Assembly: GCF_009834535.1 (NCBI RefSeq)
Contig: NC_045697.1
Location: 70,620,001-70,684,000 of the forward strand
Reading direction: 5' to 3'
DNA from: Camelus ferus
Lineage: Eukaryota
Length of the DNA stretch: 64,000 nucleotides
Part shown: piece after piece, positions 12,835-23,709 of the stretch
Position numbering within the stretch: position 1 is the first letter of the stretch
Layout of the letters: each line of letters begins with the position of its first letter
Program-made: the position numbers and the translations under genes
The notes under the pieces: model-generated
Seen by the model: the letters and a program-made list of their open reading frames with translations, nothing else
Told to the model about the DNA's origin: nothing
Databases searched by the model: none

Positions 12835-13713
12835 CATATGGCATACTACTTTGAAGTCAAATAGCAAATGATGGTAGTGCATTCTGTTAACCTAGTCTCA
12901 ATGGGTTGGCAACTTAAAATCTCTGCTGAGTTTGACTCTCTAATATGAAACTGAAGCCTTATGAAATGCAAATGAACTTCAAAATGTTAAACTTTAATCC
13001 ACAGTTTAATCCAAAACTAAACTTGGCTTAGACTATTAGCTTTTAAAACAGAAAGCTTAAGCAATAATACAACAAATAACTTTGCTAAATAGTCTTATCT
13101 TACAAAGGCCACCGTGCTTCTAGCTATATATATAGCCGTATGTAGTTACACACATAGAACATGATTCATCATTAACAGGCCTAGGAGAGAAAATATAAAC
13201 AGCCGTGCCCATATATAATTCTTTACTGATTTACATAAAAATAACTTACTATGACCAATTCAAATTTTCCTTATCATTTTCCCAAAATAAAGCATTGACT
13301 GAGTCATTGTATGTGAGATTATTTCTGGCTTGGCTAAACTATGATTTGTGACTAAGACAGTCATTATCCTGAGGATTCCTCTTATGTCTCCCTACGGGAA
13401 ATTATACAATTAAATATCATATAAGAAGCATTGTAATTAAGTTCTCAAATAAATGCCATAGATAAATAGTGCCATTCACAAAAGACTGGCGATCAGATAA
13501 ATTGGTGTTTTCCAAAGGATGAGAGGCATAGCATTGTGTGAGAGTCTATAAGGCAGTACTGGGACGTGGCATTAAATAACATTCAGTGAGAAAGTGATTT
13601 CTTTCCAGCTTTTTTTTTTTTAAATTTACTTTCTTCAATGAAGAAGTTTCAAAATTTCAATTTGATGCAACTATGTCATTAATACCTAATTGGTGCTTAT
13701 CTTTGTCCCCCTA

Positions 13714-13889
13714 CAGGGGAAATGCAAACACAGTTCCCCACAACCACAAATGATGCAGCCGAGTTTCCCACATTTGGGGAAATCACAGGGGTCAGCATAT
13801 CCAGAGTGCAAATGGATGAGCTCCCCCGCCCCCCTCCCCTGGAGAAAACCACCTTCATATTCCTGGTATGTCCCCTGCCAGGGAAGTAT
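13714..13889 (-). pseudogene. RNU1: U1 snRNA retro-pseudogene, full length, degenerate
   Basis: Reverse complement runs ATACTTCCCTGGCAGGGGACATACCAGG...GGTGGTTTTCTCCAGG...GCTGACCCCTGTGATTTCCCCAAATGTGGGAAACTCGGCTGCATCATTTGTGGTTGTGGGGAACTG...TTTCCCCTG, colinear with U1 end to end. It has many substitutions and about 12 extra nt, and no recognisable PSE or 3' box. Confidence 0.93.
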
Positions 13890-14499
13890 TTGATTTATTT
13901 TTTAAACAAGGACAAGCAAGCCTCACACTCAGAGCCTTTGGCCAGAAACAAAATCTAGCTAGAATTTTATTTTATTTTGCTTACATCAAAGTGATTTTAT
14001 AGCTGCTATTTACGCCATGCAAAATTGGTTTTTCATTTATGATGGTTTCCTTTTCAAATAAATTTAAAAATAGAAAGTGCATCAATTTAAAGAAAATACT
14101 AAGTAAGTAATAGTACAGATGGTACACATATCTGGCAACACTCACTAAGTTGTGGGAAATACTGAGGTAGTATCTTGTAGAGAGGCTCTTGGTGATTGTA
14201 TAGAATTTGAAGGACAAGGGGAAGAAGAAAGGACCGTACACACGAGGAGGACAGGATGAACAAAACACACAATAAATCTGCCATGGTGGCCAACAACGAG
14301 AGATACCCACTGGTTAGAATCACAGGTTTATTATTCAGTCAGGTAGTCAGTTGTCAATCCCTTGTGTTATATTTATTGAACTCCTACTTGTTGAACATAT
14401 GACGGACCCACTTAAAAGCTAGTTGTTTTCTAATTCCTTTAGGATACTTTATGTAAAATACTTGTGATGAGAACAAGTATGGGACAGTGATGTTTATGG

Positions 14500-14890
14500 G
14501 GCTGGGGGCCAGACAAACAGGGTTCAGATTTCATCTTTTAATTTAACCTTGGCCAAGTCCTTTAGTCTTTCTGAACCTGTTTCCTTATTTGTGAAACAAG
14601 TATCATAAACACCAACTTTGCCTGGCTTTTGTAAAGGATTATATTAATAAAATAACAGCTAAAATTCATTGTTTACTTTCCAGATGCTGTGTTAAGCTTT
14701 ATATGCTTTTATCTCTTTTAATCTTCTCAAGAATCCTGTAAGGGTGTAACTTTATTATAATGATTTTACAGATGGGGAAACTGAGGCACAGAGAAGTTCA
14801 GTTGCTTACCAAAGGCCACGGTCCAAATAAATGGCTGTGCTATTATTTGAACCTACGCTATCTGATTTCAGAATCATTGTTCATAACCAG
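14500..14890. mobile_element. Two adjacent MIRs in opposite orientation
   Basis: Plus-strand core ACCTTGGCCAAGTC...TCTGAACCTGTTTCC (about 14500-14650), then antisense core TTTTACAGATGGGGAAACTGAGGCACAGAGAAG (about 14650-14890). Confidence 0.75.
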
Positions 14891-17009
14891 TAAGCTAACT
14901 TCCTCTTGGCTTTTTTTTTTTTTTTTTTAGGAAGGGTGTGTTGCCTTGAAAAGCACAGGCGTGGGCGGAGGTCATTCTCATGTTCAGCCAGTAGTATATC
15001 TGAAGAGGCTATTTGGTTATTGTACAATTACTTATATTTTTTCTATAAAAAACTTTCCATACTAAACTAGGATAAACTATGCAAAAAGGGAACATGTATG
15101 ATAAACTATTTATAACATATAAATGTTATTAACTCTGACTAAATAAACAGCTGATTACTTATAAATGTTTCTCATTTCTGCTGAACAAAAGTCAGATTTC
15201 CGATTATAAATCAATAAAAAAATGTTAAAAAAAAAAAAGTCAGATATCCCCTTTAGATTCTAAGCCTGTAACATTGTATACACTGTGGTGGCAGAAGCTC
15301 TGGTGTGGAAAGGTATTTTTACCCCCGTCCCTTAATAAGGTTACGTACTGACACTTGTCCATCTCAGTTTGTCTTCTACCTTTCACCTTATTCCACATTC
15401 TTTCCCCAGCGTGGTCAGAATTCACCAAAGGGAGAAAGAGCAATTATTAGTTAATTCAAAGGACCCTCATTCTTTATAAAGTCAAATCACTGAATTAATG
15501 AAGATTTTTATCTTAAATATTCTAGTATTCTAGGAATTTGTCTTCTATGGGCAGAATAAAAAAGTCAAACAGGAGAAATACCCACAATTGTAAGAGAATC
15601 GGAAACAATTAGAAATGTTTTGAGGACATGCTTCTTTTTTGATCTACATTCCACCTCCCTAGGGAGTAAAGCAATAAACCTTACTAACTCTTCTCTACTC
15701 CAGATCAGGCCTGCATTGGAGGACGTGTACCCAGAATGCCTTTATCTAATAGTCCCTATCCAAGGACTCATTGCCCATAAGTTTAAGACGGAGATGCTTC
15801 TTCAGCTGTTCAATCTTCTCCTGCCAATAGATTGTTTTGTTCTCCTTCTGTCTCCCCTGTGTTGGCTCCACTAATTCTGAATGTTTATGTGTGTGAGGGG
15901 TAGAGATGGAAAGGGAGCATTGTCTTGCTAAACAGCAACCTGGGCCAGCTCTTAGTTTCATCGTGTGCAGATGGAAATGTGTGCAAACCCATTATACGAA
16001 GTGGGGTTCATGCTAAGCAGTAAGCACCTTGAGGAACGAGGGAGATCTAGGGAGGAATGGCTGCCCAAAGAATGAGCTTGACAAAATATCTAAGGACTTA
16101 GTACAGAACTGCTTAATCAAAAGGCAAATGCAAAGGGTAGTAAATACCCTTCTTTCATTGCTTTTCAAGGTATTTCATTTTTCAAGAAATGGCACTGTGA
16201 GTGTATCTTTTTAAACTACTTGGAAGAAAGTCACTTCAAACTGTGTTTAGAAGCAAAATAAATATAATAGTCCCCAGAAAGGAGACACAGACGGCATTTT
16301 ATTACATGAATCATGGCAGAATTAGGAATTTTAAATGACCCATGGGAGTGACCACAGACTTCTGTATCAATGTTAATTTTAATAAACTGTGGTCTTTGAC
16401 ATTTTCCTCATCAGGCACTGAATGGGTGGGTATTACGACAGAGTACAAATTATTTGAATTTAATCTTCATCTGCTACACATTTTGAAGACACATATTCAC
16501 TTTTATTCTTGTTTGTATTGGGGACAACCATATTATGAGATGGATGAGGTTTTGGTTTGTTAAAGGTGACTTTCAGACATTTATTGCCTGCAAAATGGGT
16601 TCTACTGATCAGAGCCCAATACACTTCCACAAGGAAATGTTCTTCACTTGAAGGAGAAATGACCCTGCTCTTCAAGTTCCTCTGTGTGGTGACTAACTAA
16701 ATAAAATTAATAGTTTACAATTATGGTGTGAAATTAGACCTCTTCTGGATAACCTTCCTTATGTCGTGCCTAAGATGATTACAGTAAGAAGCAGGGAAAT
16801 GGATGCTCCTGATGTGTTTCTAGACAAGAGTAGGTCTTGGACATCCACACTTCCCACCTGCTGTCTCCTTCGACCTTGGAGGTCTCCCAAGAAGAGACTC
16901 GGAGACTATGAGTCACCTGTAGTTGCTTCTTATTAAGGACTAAGGGTATCCCCCAAATACATCCATTATTTATAAGGAACAGGATCTGATAAGGCTGTTA
17001 CAGAAAATT

Positions 17010-17430
17010 ACTAGCTTTTCTAATCAGGATATTTTGACTAAAAGGACAGATTACTTCAAATCACAGAGGCCAGAATAGGGGAAGTGCTTGCTGTGAAGAT
17101 ACATGTGGACTGGAACTGGAAAAGTGTCAGGAATCATGGGATTTCTAGGTTCTGCCACTCTCTCTGTCTCCCATAAACAACTCTGGCTTGCTCTTGGGGT
17201 CTCTCCACTTCCCCACGTGGTCTCTCTCCATTCTTTTCTACCGACTCTACTTACTCATAACACCTGCCTCCTTGTGTCACAGGCATGCGCAGGAATCCCC
17301 GCGGCTGTCTCAGATTCACTTTACTGACACCTTGCTACTTTGGTTCCCCACTGCTTATCACTTGCTTGGTTTGTTCTGGGTTTTCTAGTTCAGATTACCC
17401 AGAAAGGAAATTTGATTGGCCTAGACCAAC
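17010..17430 (-). mobile_element. MLT1 (MaLR) LTR, left part, interrupted by L1
   Basis: MLT1J/K-like motifs ending GAAAGGAAATTTGATTGGCCTAG. The continuation appears at 20875-21050. Confidence 0.5.
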
Positions 17431-17444
17431 ATTTTCTTTTTGTT

Positions 17445-18230
17445 TGTTTTTAAACAAATCTTTATTTGGAAACTCACCACTTAATTCACTCATTTTAAGT
17501 ATACAACCCATTAATATTTAGTAGATTTATAGAGTTGTGTAAGCATCACTGTAATCTAGTTTTAGAACATTTTCTTCAACACAGAAAACTCCCTTGAGCC
17601 TTTCTGTGATCAATCCCCAGCCCTATTGCCAGCTGTGGGCAACCACTCACCTGCTTTCTGTCCCTACAGAAACATCTTTTCTGAATATTTCACTTAAATG
17701 GAATCATATATGTTGTATTTTGTGCAAGGCTTCTTTCACTGAACACGTTTTTGAGTTCATACTGTTACAGCATGTACAGATATTTTGTTCCATTACATTG
17801 CTGAATAGTGTTCCATTATATGGCTAACCCATTTGGAATATTACAAATGCATTTCAAGTGGAAAATCCAATGGGATATTCCATTTCACCAGTCAGTGGAC
17901 ATTTGGATTATTTCCAGTGTTTGACTATTATGAATAATGCTGTTATTAATATTCATGAACTCATCACATGCTGTTTTGATTATTGTAGCTTTAGAGTAAA
18001 GTTTGAAATTGGCTGTGCTTGGGTCTTCCAATTTTGTTCTTTTTCAAAAGTGTTTTGGCTATTCTAGGTCATTTTCATTTTCACATATGTTTTAGGATTG
18101 GCTTATCAATTTCTAGAAAAATAAAACTTGCTGGTATTTTAACAGGGATTGCATTCTGTATTATCTATTATGATCAATTTGGAAAGAATTACTGTCTTAA
18201 AATATCAAGTCTTCCAATCCATGAACACGT
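17445..18230 (-). mobile_element. Old L1M 3'UTR/ORF2 fragment
   Basis: Antisense L1M motifs (TTTTAAGTATACAA, GGACATTTGGATTATTTCCAG, TTTTGTTCTTTTTCAAAAGTGTTTTGGCTATTCTAGG). Confidence 0.8.
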
Positions 18231-19519
18231 CTGTTTGTTTGTTTGTTTGTGTGTTTGTTTGTTTATTATTTGCAATGTTAAACATATGTTTGTATTTTAA
18301 TCAAGTTTATGCCACTGCCTTCAATTTCAATCTGATTATGCAGTGTTTTTTTCCTTCCCCTATTCGGCCTTTGTATCTCCCTTTTTCACTTTAAGAACAC
18401 ATCAAAGTGGGTTTTTTTTTTTTCAGTTTTGTAGAACCAAGTACTTAGAGTTGTTACATCCATTTCTATGAAACAAATTCATCAAGTGAATTTCATGATT
18501 TCTTTGCAGTGCTTTTCTTTTCTCTCCCTTTCTTTATCTGTCCTACTGAGGAGGGTGTGCAGTTAGGACTGTGTTGTTTAAAGTACTTGGATTCTTTTTT
18601 TTTTATTTTTGTGTGCTTTATTAACAATTTGATATATGGCTAGGTGAAGTATTTCTGTTTGCATTTAATTTTTGTCTATTTCTGTCTTTGTTTAATCTTA
18701 TATACTTAGAAACAAACAAATTTGTTATGAAAATTGATGAAAGATTATTATAATGTAAAACTTAAGGAAGCAAATGTTCAAAACATTCATCACATGACTT
18801 TTAAAATTTTTAAACATACAGTGGCAACAGCACTCACATTCTACTTTTTCCCCCTCCTCACAATTCCCTCTTTCCTATGAACTCTTGAAATGGCTTTGTG
18901 TGACTAAAGTCAGAATCAAAATGATGTCATTTTTTGCATCTCTTTAGCACTTTCCCCTGGCAGGAAAGTTTTAAATTCTGATTTCTTTGCTCAAGTACCA
19001 GATGTAACTGTACTAGTGAAAATTTTTCTATTTTGATCCTTAATGGGCTTATCTGAATCACTAAGATGAACAAGTGGTCTTTTCACATAATGCTAAAATA
19101 CATGTATTATGTAAATTCTGCGTGTATCACATTAAAAGGGCACAAATTGCCTTCTCCTCACTGCTCTGCCACATCTGGCATGACGACTCACACTCACCAC
19201 ATCTCCCAGATGTGCTCTGCTGCCAGGCTCCACATTGTGAAAGTCCAGAGCACGTGATCAGAAGGGGCTCAGCTCTGCTTTGGCTTTGAGGGTTCCATAG
19301 TTCTTTGGCTCCTCTTGCCTGAAACCTAACCCGGTGACCAGTGTCCTTCCTGAGGTCCTAGACACCCACCAGAGCCCTCCAGATGATGTACCACGTACCA
19401 CTGATGAGTCTTACTCAGTTCAGTTATGCTCATGTGACTATCTGACCTAGGACAAAAAGCCCTGGGAGGTGGCAGTGTGCAATAAAGAAAACAGGGCGAG
19501 GAGTCAGACATGCCAAGTT

Positions 19520-19745
19520 GTTACTTCTAGTACTCACCAGCCCTACTGATGGGGACAAATCTTTCCTGGTAATTCAATCTCACTTACCTTATTAGATCAC
19601 TTGTTTATTGTAAAAGGATATAACTCAGGAACAGCCAGATAGAAGAGATGCACTGGGCAAGGTATGGAGAAAAGACATAGAGCTCTCACGCCCTCTCCTG
19701 GTACACCACTCTCCTCAAATCACCATATATTCACCAACTCAGAAA
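19520..19745 (-). mobile_element. MER21-type LTR fragment
   Basis: TTTATTGTAAAAGGATATAACTCAGGAACAGCCAGATAGAAGAGATGCACTGGGCAAGGTATGG...GCCCTCTCCTGG...TTCACCAACTCAGAA matches the recalled MER21 consensus. Confidence 0.7.
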
Positions 19746-19749
19746 TTTC

Positions 19750-20870
19750 TGTTTAGATATTTAATTTTTCCCTCACAGAAGTGTAGAATAGCTCAGTGTA
19801 CAAATCATGCATTTTTATTGTTAAATTTACTCTCAAATATTTTACTCTATCTGATGCTATTATGAATAGAATTATTTCTTTAATTTTATTTTTGGATTGC
19901 CATTACTAACATACAGAAATATGACTTATTTTTGCATAGCTTGTATCTTGTGATATAGAATACTCTTTATTAGTTGCAGTAGTTTACTGTGAAATCTTCA
20001 GGTTTTCTATACAGACAATGATGTAGTCTGCTGAGAAAAACACTTCTATTTCTTCCTTTCCAATTTGGATGAATGGCTGTATCTCTATCTATCCATCCAT
20101 CTACCTATCTATTACTTTATTGTACTGTCTAGAACCTCTGGCTATAATTTTAAATAGAACTGATGAGAGTGGACATATTTCCAGATCTTAAGGGAAAAGT
20201 ATTACATCTTTCACTATTAAGTATGAAATCTGCTGTATATTTTTAAATAGATATCCTTTATCAATTTGAGGAAGTTTTATTTTATTTCTAGTTCATTGAG
20301 AGTTTAAAGAACGGGTGGGTGTTATATTTTGTCAAATGCTTTTTCTTCATCTACTGATTCTATTAATATGATGTATTACATTACTTGATTTTCATATGTT
20401 AAACCAACCTTGCATTCCTGGAAAAAAATCCCACTTGCTCATGCTTTATATCCCTTTTCATATGCCTAATTTTTTCTAATATTTTATTAAGGATATTTGC
20501 ATCTGCATTCATGAAAGATATTGGTCTGTAGTTTTCTTTATTTGGTTTTTCTTTTCATTCTTTTCTAGCTTTTAAGGTAGATACTGGCCCCAGATAATTA
20601 AGGTATATACTGGCCCCAGATAATTATTTGTGCAAAGTTTTCTCTACATCCCAAAAGAGTTTGAGAAGAATTGGTATTATTTCTTTTGAGACTATTTTTA
20701 TAAAATTCACACATGAAGTCATCTTGCTTAGAGTTTTCTTCATGCAACCATTTTAAATTTCTAATACAGAATCGTAAATTGTTTTAGGTCTTTTCCTGTC
20801 TTCTTGGATCAGTTTTAGCAATTTGTTTATTTCTAAGAATTTTCCCATTTCATCAAACTGTCTAATTTTT
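19750..20870 (-). mobile_element. Old L1M ORF2 fragment, continuation of the 17445-18230 element
   Basis: Antisense ORF2 motifs (TTCTTCCTTTCCAATTTGGATG, GATGAGAGTGGACAT, AACCAACCTTGCATTCCTGG, GATATTGGTCTGTAGTTTTC). Confidence 0.8.
20574..20625. repeat. 26-bp tandem duplication
   Basis: AAGGTAGATACTGGCCCCAGATAATT followed by AAGGTATATACTGGCCCCAGATAATT (1 mismatch). Confidence 0.95.
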
Positions 20871-20874
20871 AAGC

Positions 20875-21050
20875 AAGGTCACCTTTTTGTGCCAGATGAT
20901 ATCATAGATTACTGCCCAGTCTTGGATTGATCCTCTTTGCCATCCACTCATTTGTGGCTATGGAGGAATAGAGTATCACTGTACAAAGCAAAGATGCCAA
21001 ATGGGTGTTCCATTTGGTAGAGACTAGGAAAGAATATAAGTGAGGCATGG
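20875..21050 (-). mobile_element. MLT1 (MaLR) LTR, right part
   Basis: GTCACCTTTTTGTGCCAG...CCCAGTCTTGGATTG...TGTGGC...TACAAAGCAAAGATGCC continues the MLT1K-like consensus. Confidence 0.5.
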
Positions 21051-21140
21051 TTCTTTGGTAGCTGTGGGTTGGAAAACGTTCTGAGTGTGGTTCTATCCAA
21101 TATACCAGTTTAACATTTCAGCACAAATTCTTATACTTAC

Positions 21141-21251
21141 TCTTGGGGTGGGAACTTTGTAATGTTGAAGCAACAGTTGAAAGTGGACATTTTCTCACTG
21201 TTGTATTTGTAATATTGGCTTCAGTCGTCATGACACCTTTGGTTGTGGTTC
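21141..21251 (-). CDS. EMCN: EMCN coding exon 4 (111 nt, phase 1-1)
   Basis: TTCTTTTTACATAATTAG|GAACCACA...CACCCCAAGA|GTAAGT. Translates (G)TTTKGVMTTEANITNTTVRKCPLSTVASTLQSSHPK(T), matching human ...NAVSTLQSSKPKT. Confidence 0.9.
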
Positions 21252-21949
21252 CTAATTATGTAAAAAGAATGAATAGCTATCAGGAGTATAATCAATCACT
21301 AGATAGTCTCATTAATATTAATATAAACATCCAGGTACAACTTGAAGATTAGTCACTTAAAGTCTTCTGATCAAGATACAGAAATCCAATGTTTTGATGT
21401 CTGCCTTTTGGTGAGTCAGTTAATTACATTTTTTAAAAATGGAAGGACATTAGACTCTTCTACATGCCTGCTATAGGTTATTTCATTTGATCATAACAGT
21501 AATTCTATGAAGTAAGTAATAATTATGATCATAATTTTATGTATGACTCAGCAGAGTTAAATAATTTTTCCACAGGAGAGAGCCAAGCCTTTCTGATACA
21601 AAACCTAATTACTCAGCTACCCTAGAAAGGGGGTGGTGGTAAGGAAGTGGTAGTAGTTGAAGATGGTACCATGGTTCCCATGCTGTCTGGGAGAGAATTT
21701 TCAGGTAGGTGGAATAGCTAAGAGGAAAGAGACAACAGGAAATAAATAGAATAAACTTTAAATTATACTTAGTTCATTTTCTTGGGGGAAAAAAGGAAAT
21801 TTAACAACAAAGATAAGCTAAGTTTTCAAAAATAACATTGAAATAAGATTAAGCACAGATATTATAAAAACAAAATGATTAAAGCCCTTTGGTCTTTTCA
21901 AAGTCTAATATGGGAAACCCTGAGTTAGTACGAAAAGGGTAAGGAAAAT

Positions 21950-23200
21950 GCTTAGTGTTAGCTAGATACGATGTTGGCTGGAGATGGGGGAAACCAGTTT
22001 AATAGATTACTATCACGAAGAGGTTTGGAAGCCTGATGACTTGTGTCTGTCAGAAGTGCCAATCAGCTTTCATTCTATGGCAACAAGCATCTACAGTGCA
22101 ATGCAAATTCTTAGTGCAGTTGAGAGATTCATTCTGGAGAAAGCAACAGTTTGGAAGAAGACCTCATAGACAGTGGGTAAATATGTCTTCAGGCAAAAAA
22201 GCCTTTAGGAATCAGTGTACTAAAAAAAGTGAATAAATTTGAATATAGGCTATAGCATTAACACCACATAGGAGGAAGAATAAGCGGAAATGGGCACAAA
22301 CTTCACAGGAATCTTGAAGTGTTAAATTGAGATGGAAACACTTGAGGAAGTAAAAAAATGTCTTACTGCAGCAGGAAAGCAGAAATTGCTGTTTGTAATA
22401 GCATGGAAATGGGAAAGGTGCAGAAACTCAAAATCTGGGGATGAAAGAACCTGTGGGGATAAAGATTTTGCTGCTCACTGGAACTTCAAGAATATGTGCT
22501 TAGAAATATCAGAACAGTTCTTTAGAAATCTTCAGAGAAGAATTCTTCTGCTTGAGCTAAAATTGGAAACCATATACAAGCTATCCTGATGGCCTAAAGA
22601 ATTTTCTAATATAAAGCAGGCTCAACCGTCTTAGTGATGGAAAAAAAGGGTATATAACTAAGAAAGATGTGGGGAAGTGCCAGACTACAAAACTACACTA
22701 AAGAGCAGAGCAGAATGATGGAATATCTGGAGATACAATGCCAAAGATTTTGCCTAGAGGATTAGCTATTATTACTATGGAATATACTTCACAAATGAGG
22801 GTAGAATTAGAGCCCTCGCTCAATTAAGGACATGTTGTCAATTATACACCGTCAACTAGACAACAGAAGATGAAAATGCTAAGAAAGTAATCAAAATATT
22901 GAGAAATAGACATGATAGACCATGAAAATAAAATAGAATGAAAGATGACTAGAGTAAAAGATGAATAGAGTGAAAAATGTAGCAACCAATGCTGCCACAG
23001 CCATAGCTTTTCAAATTTCACTGGTACACTGAATGTTTCAAATCCTAGTCTGAGGAGGAAAGAAAATGCGTGAAGGACATTTATTAAGATATGAGAACTA
23101 CAGTCTTGTGTTAACATCTTATTGGAAAAATGTTCCCAGCTGCACTTAGAGTTCATACATAGTAGATTCTGGACTCCTGCCAAGAAGTGATCGACACCTC
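21950..23200 (+). mobile_element. Possible very old LINE ORF remnant (RTE/L4-like)
   Basis: Purine-rich, coding-like but frameshifted. Fragments such as CCATGAAAAT and GCCATAGCTTTTCAAATT...GAGGAAAGAAAA loosely recall the RTE ORF2 C-terminal region. Weak evidence. Confidence 0.25.
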
Positions 23201-23492
23201 AGAGAAAAAGGAAACCAATCTTAAAGCTGTTCTTTAAGTCCGTATGGTTTGCTCTCTTTCAGTTTTTCTGTCCGGCTATTTTCTCCTAGATAACACCATG
23301 TGTCTGCTTTAGTCTACAGGTGTGAATTGTACTGGAAATCTGGGTAATAATACATGTATTAGGTTGACATACATTATTTTGCTTGAGAAATACTAATTTC
23401 AATTTCAGCATCAAGATAACATTGGCTTTACTTTTAGGACCTGTGTTTTTGAAATTTATGTTCTTTTTTCATTTTCTTGATTTTAAAAAATT

Positions 23493-23709
23493 GTTTTTTA
23501 TTGAAGTGTAGTTGATTTACAATGTTAATTTCAAGTGTACCGCAAAATGATTCAGTTATACATATACATACATATGTATATATTTTTTTCAGATTCTTTT
23601 CCGTCATGTTATTATAAGAAATTGAATATAGTTCCCTGTGCTATATAGCAGGTCCTTGTTGTTTATCTATTTTATATATAGTAATGTGTATCTGTTAATC
23701 CCAAACTCA
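23493..23709 (-). mobile_element. Short L1 3'UTR insertion (artiodactyl/camelid type)
   Basis: TTTTTTATTGAAGTGTAGTTGATTTACAATGTT...TTGAATATAGTTCCCTGTGCTAT is the reverse-complement homologue of the L1 3' end at 46880-47095. Confidence 0.85.

Noticed and set aside
13878..13889. Variant U1 as a compensatory suppressor of the exon 3 AT donor
   Set aside because: A +1 G>A donor would need U1 C8U, but this copy has A7C, which pairs with +2. Its protein-binding loops are degenerate and no snRNA promoter is visible.
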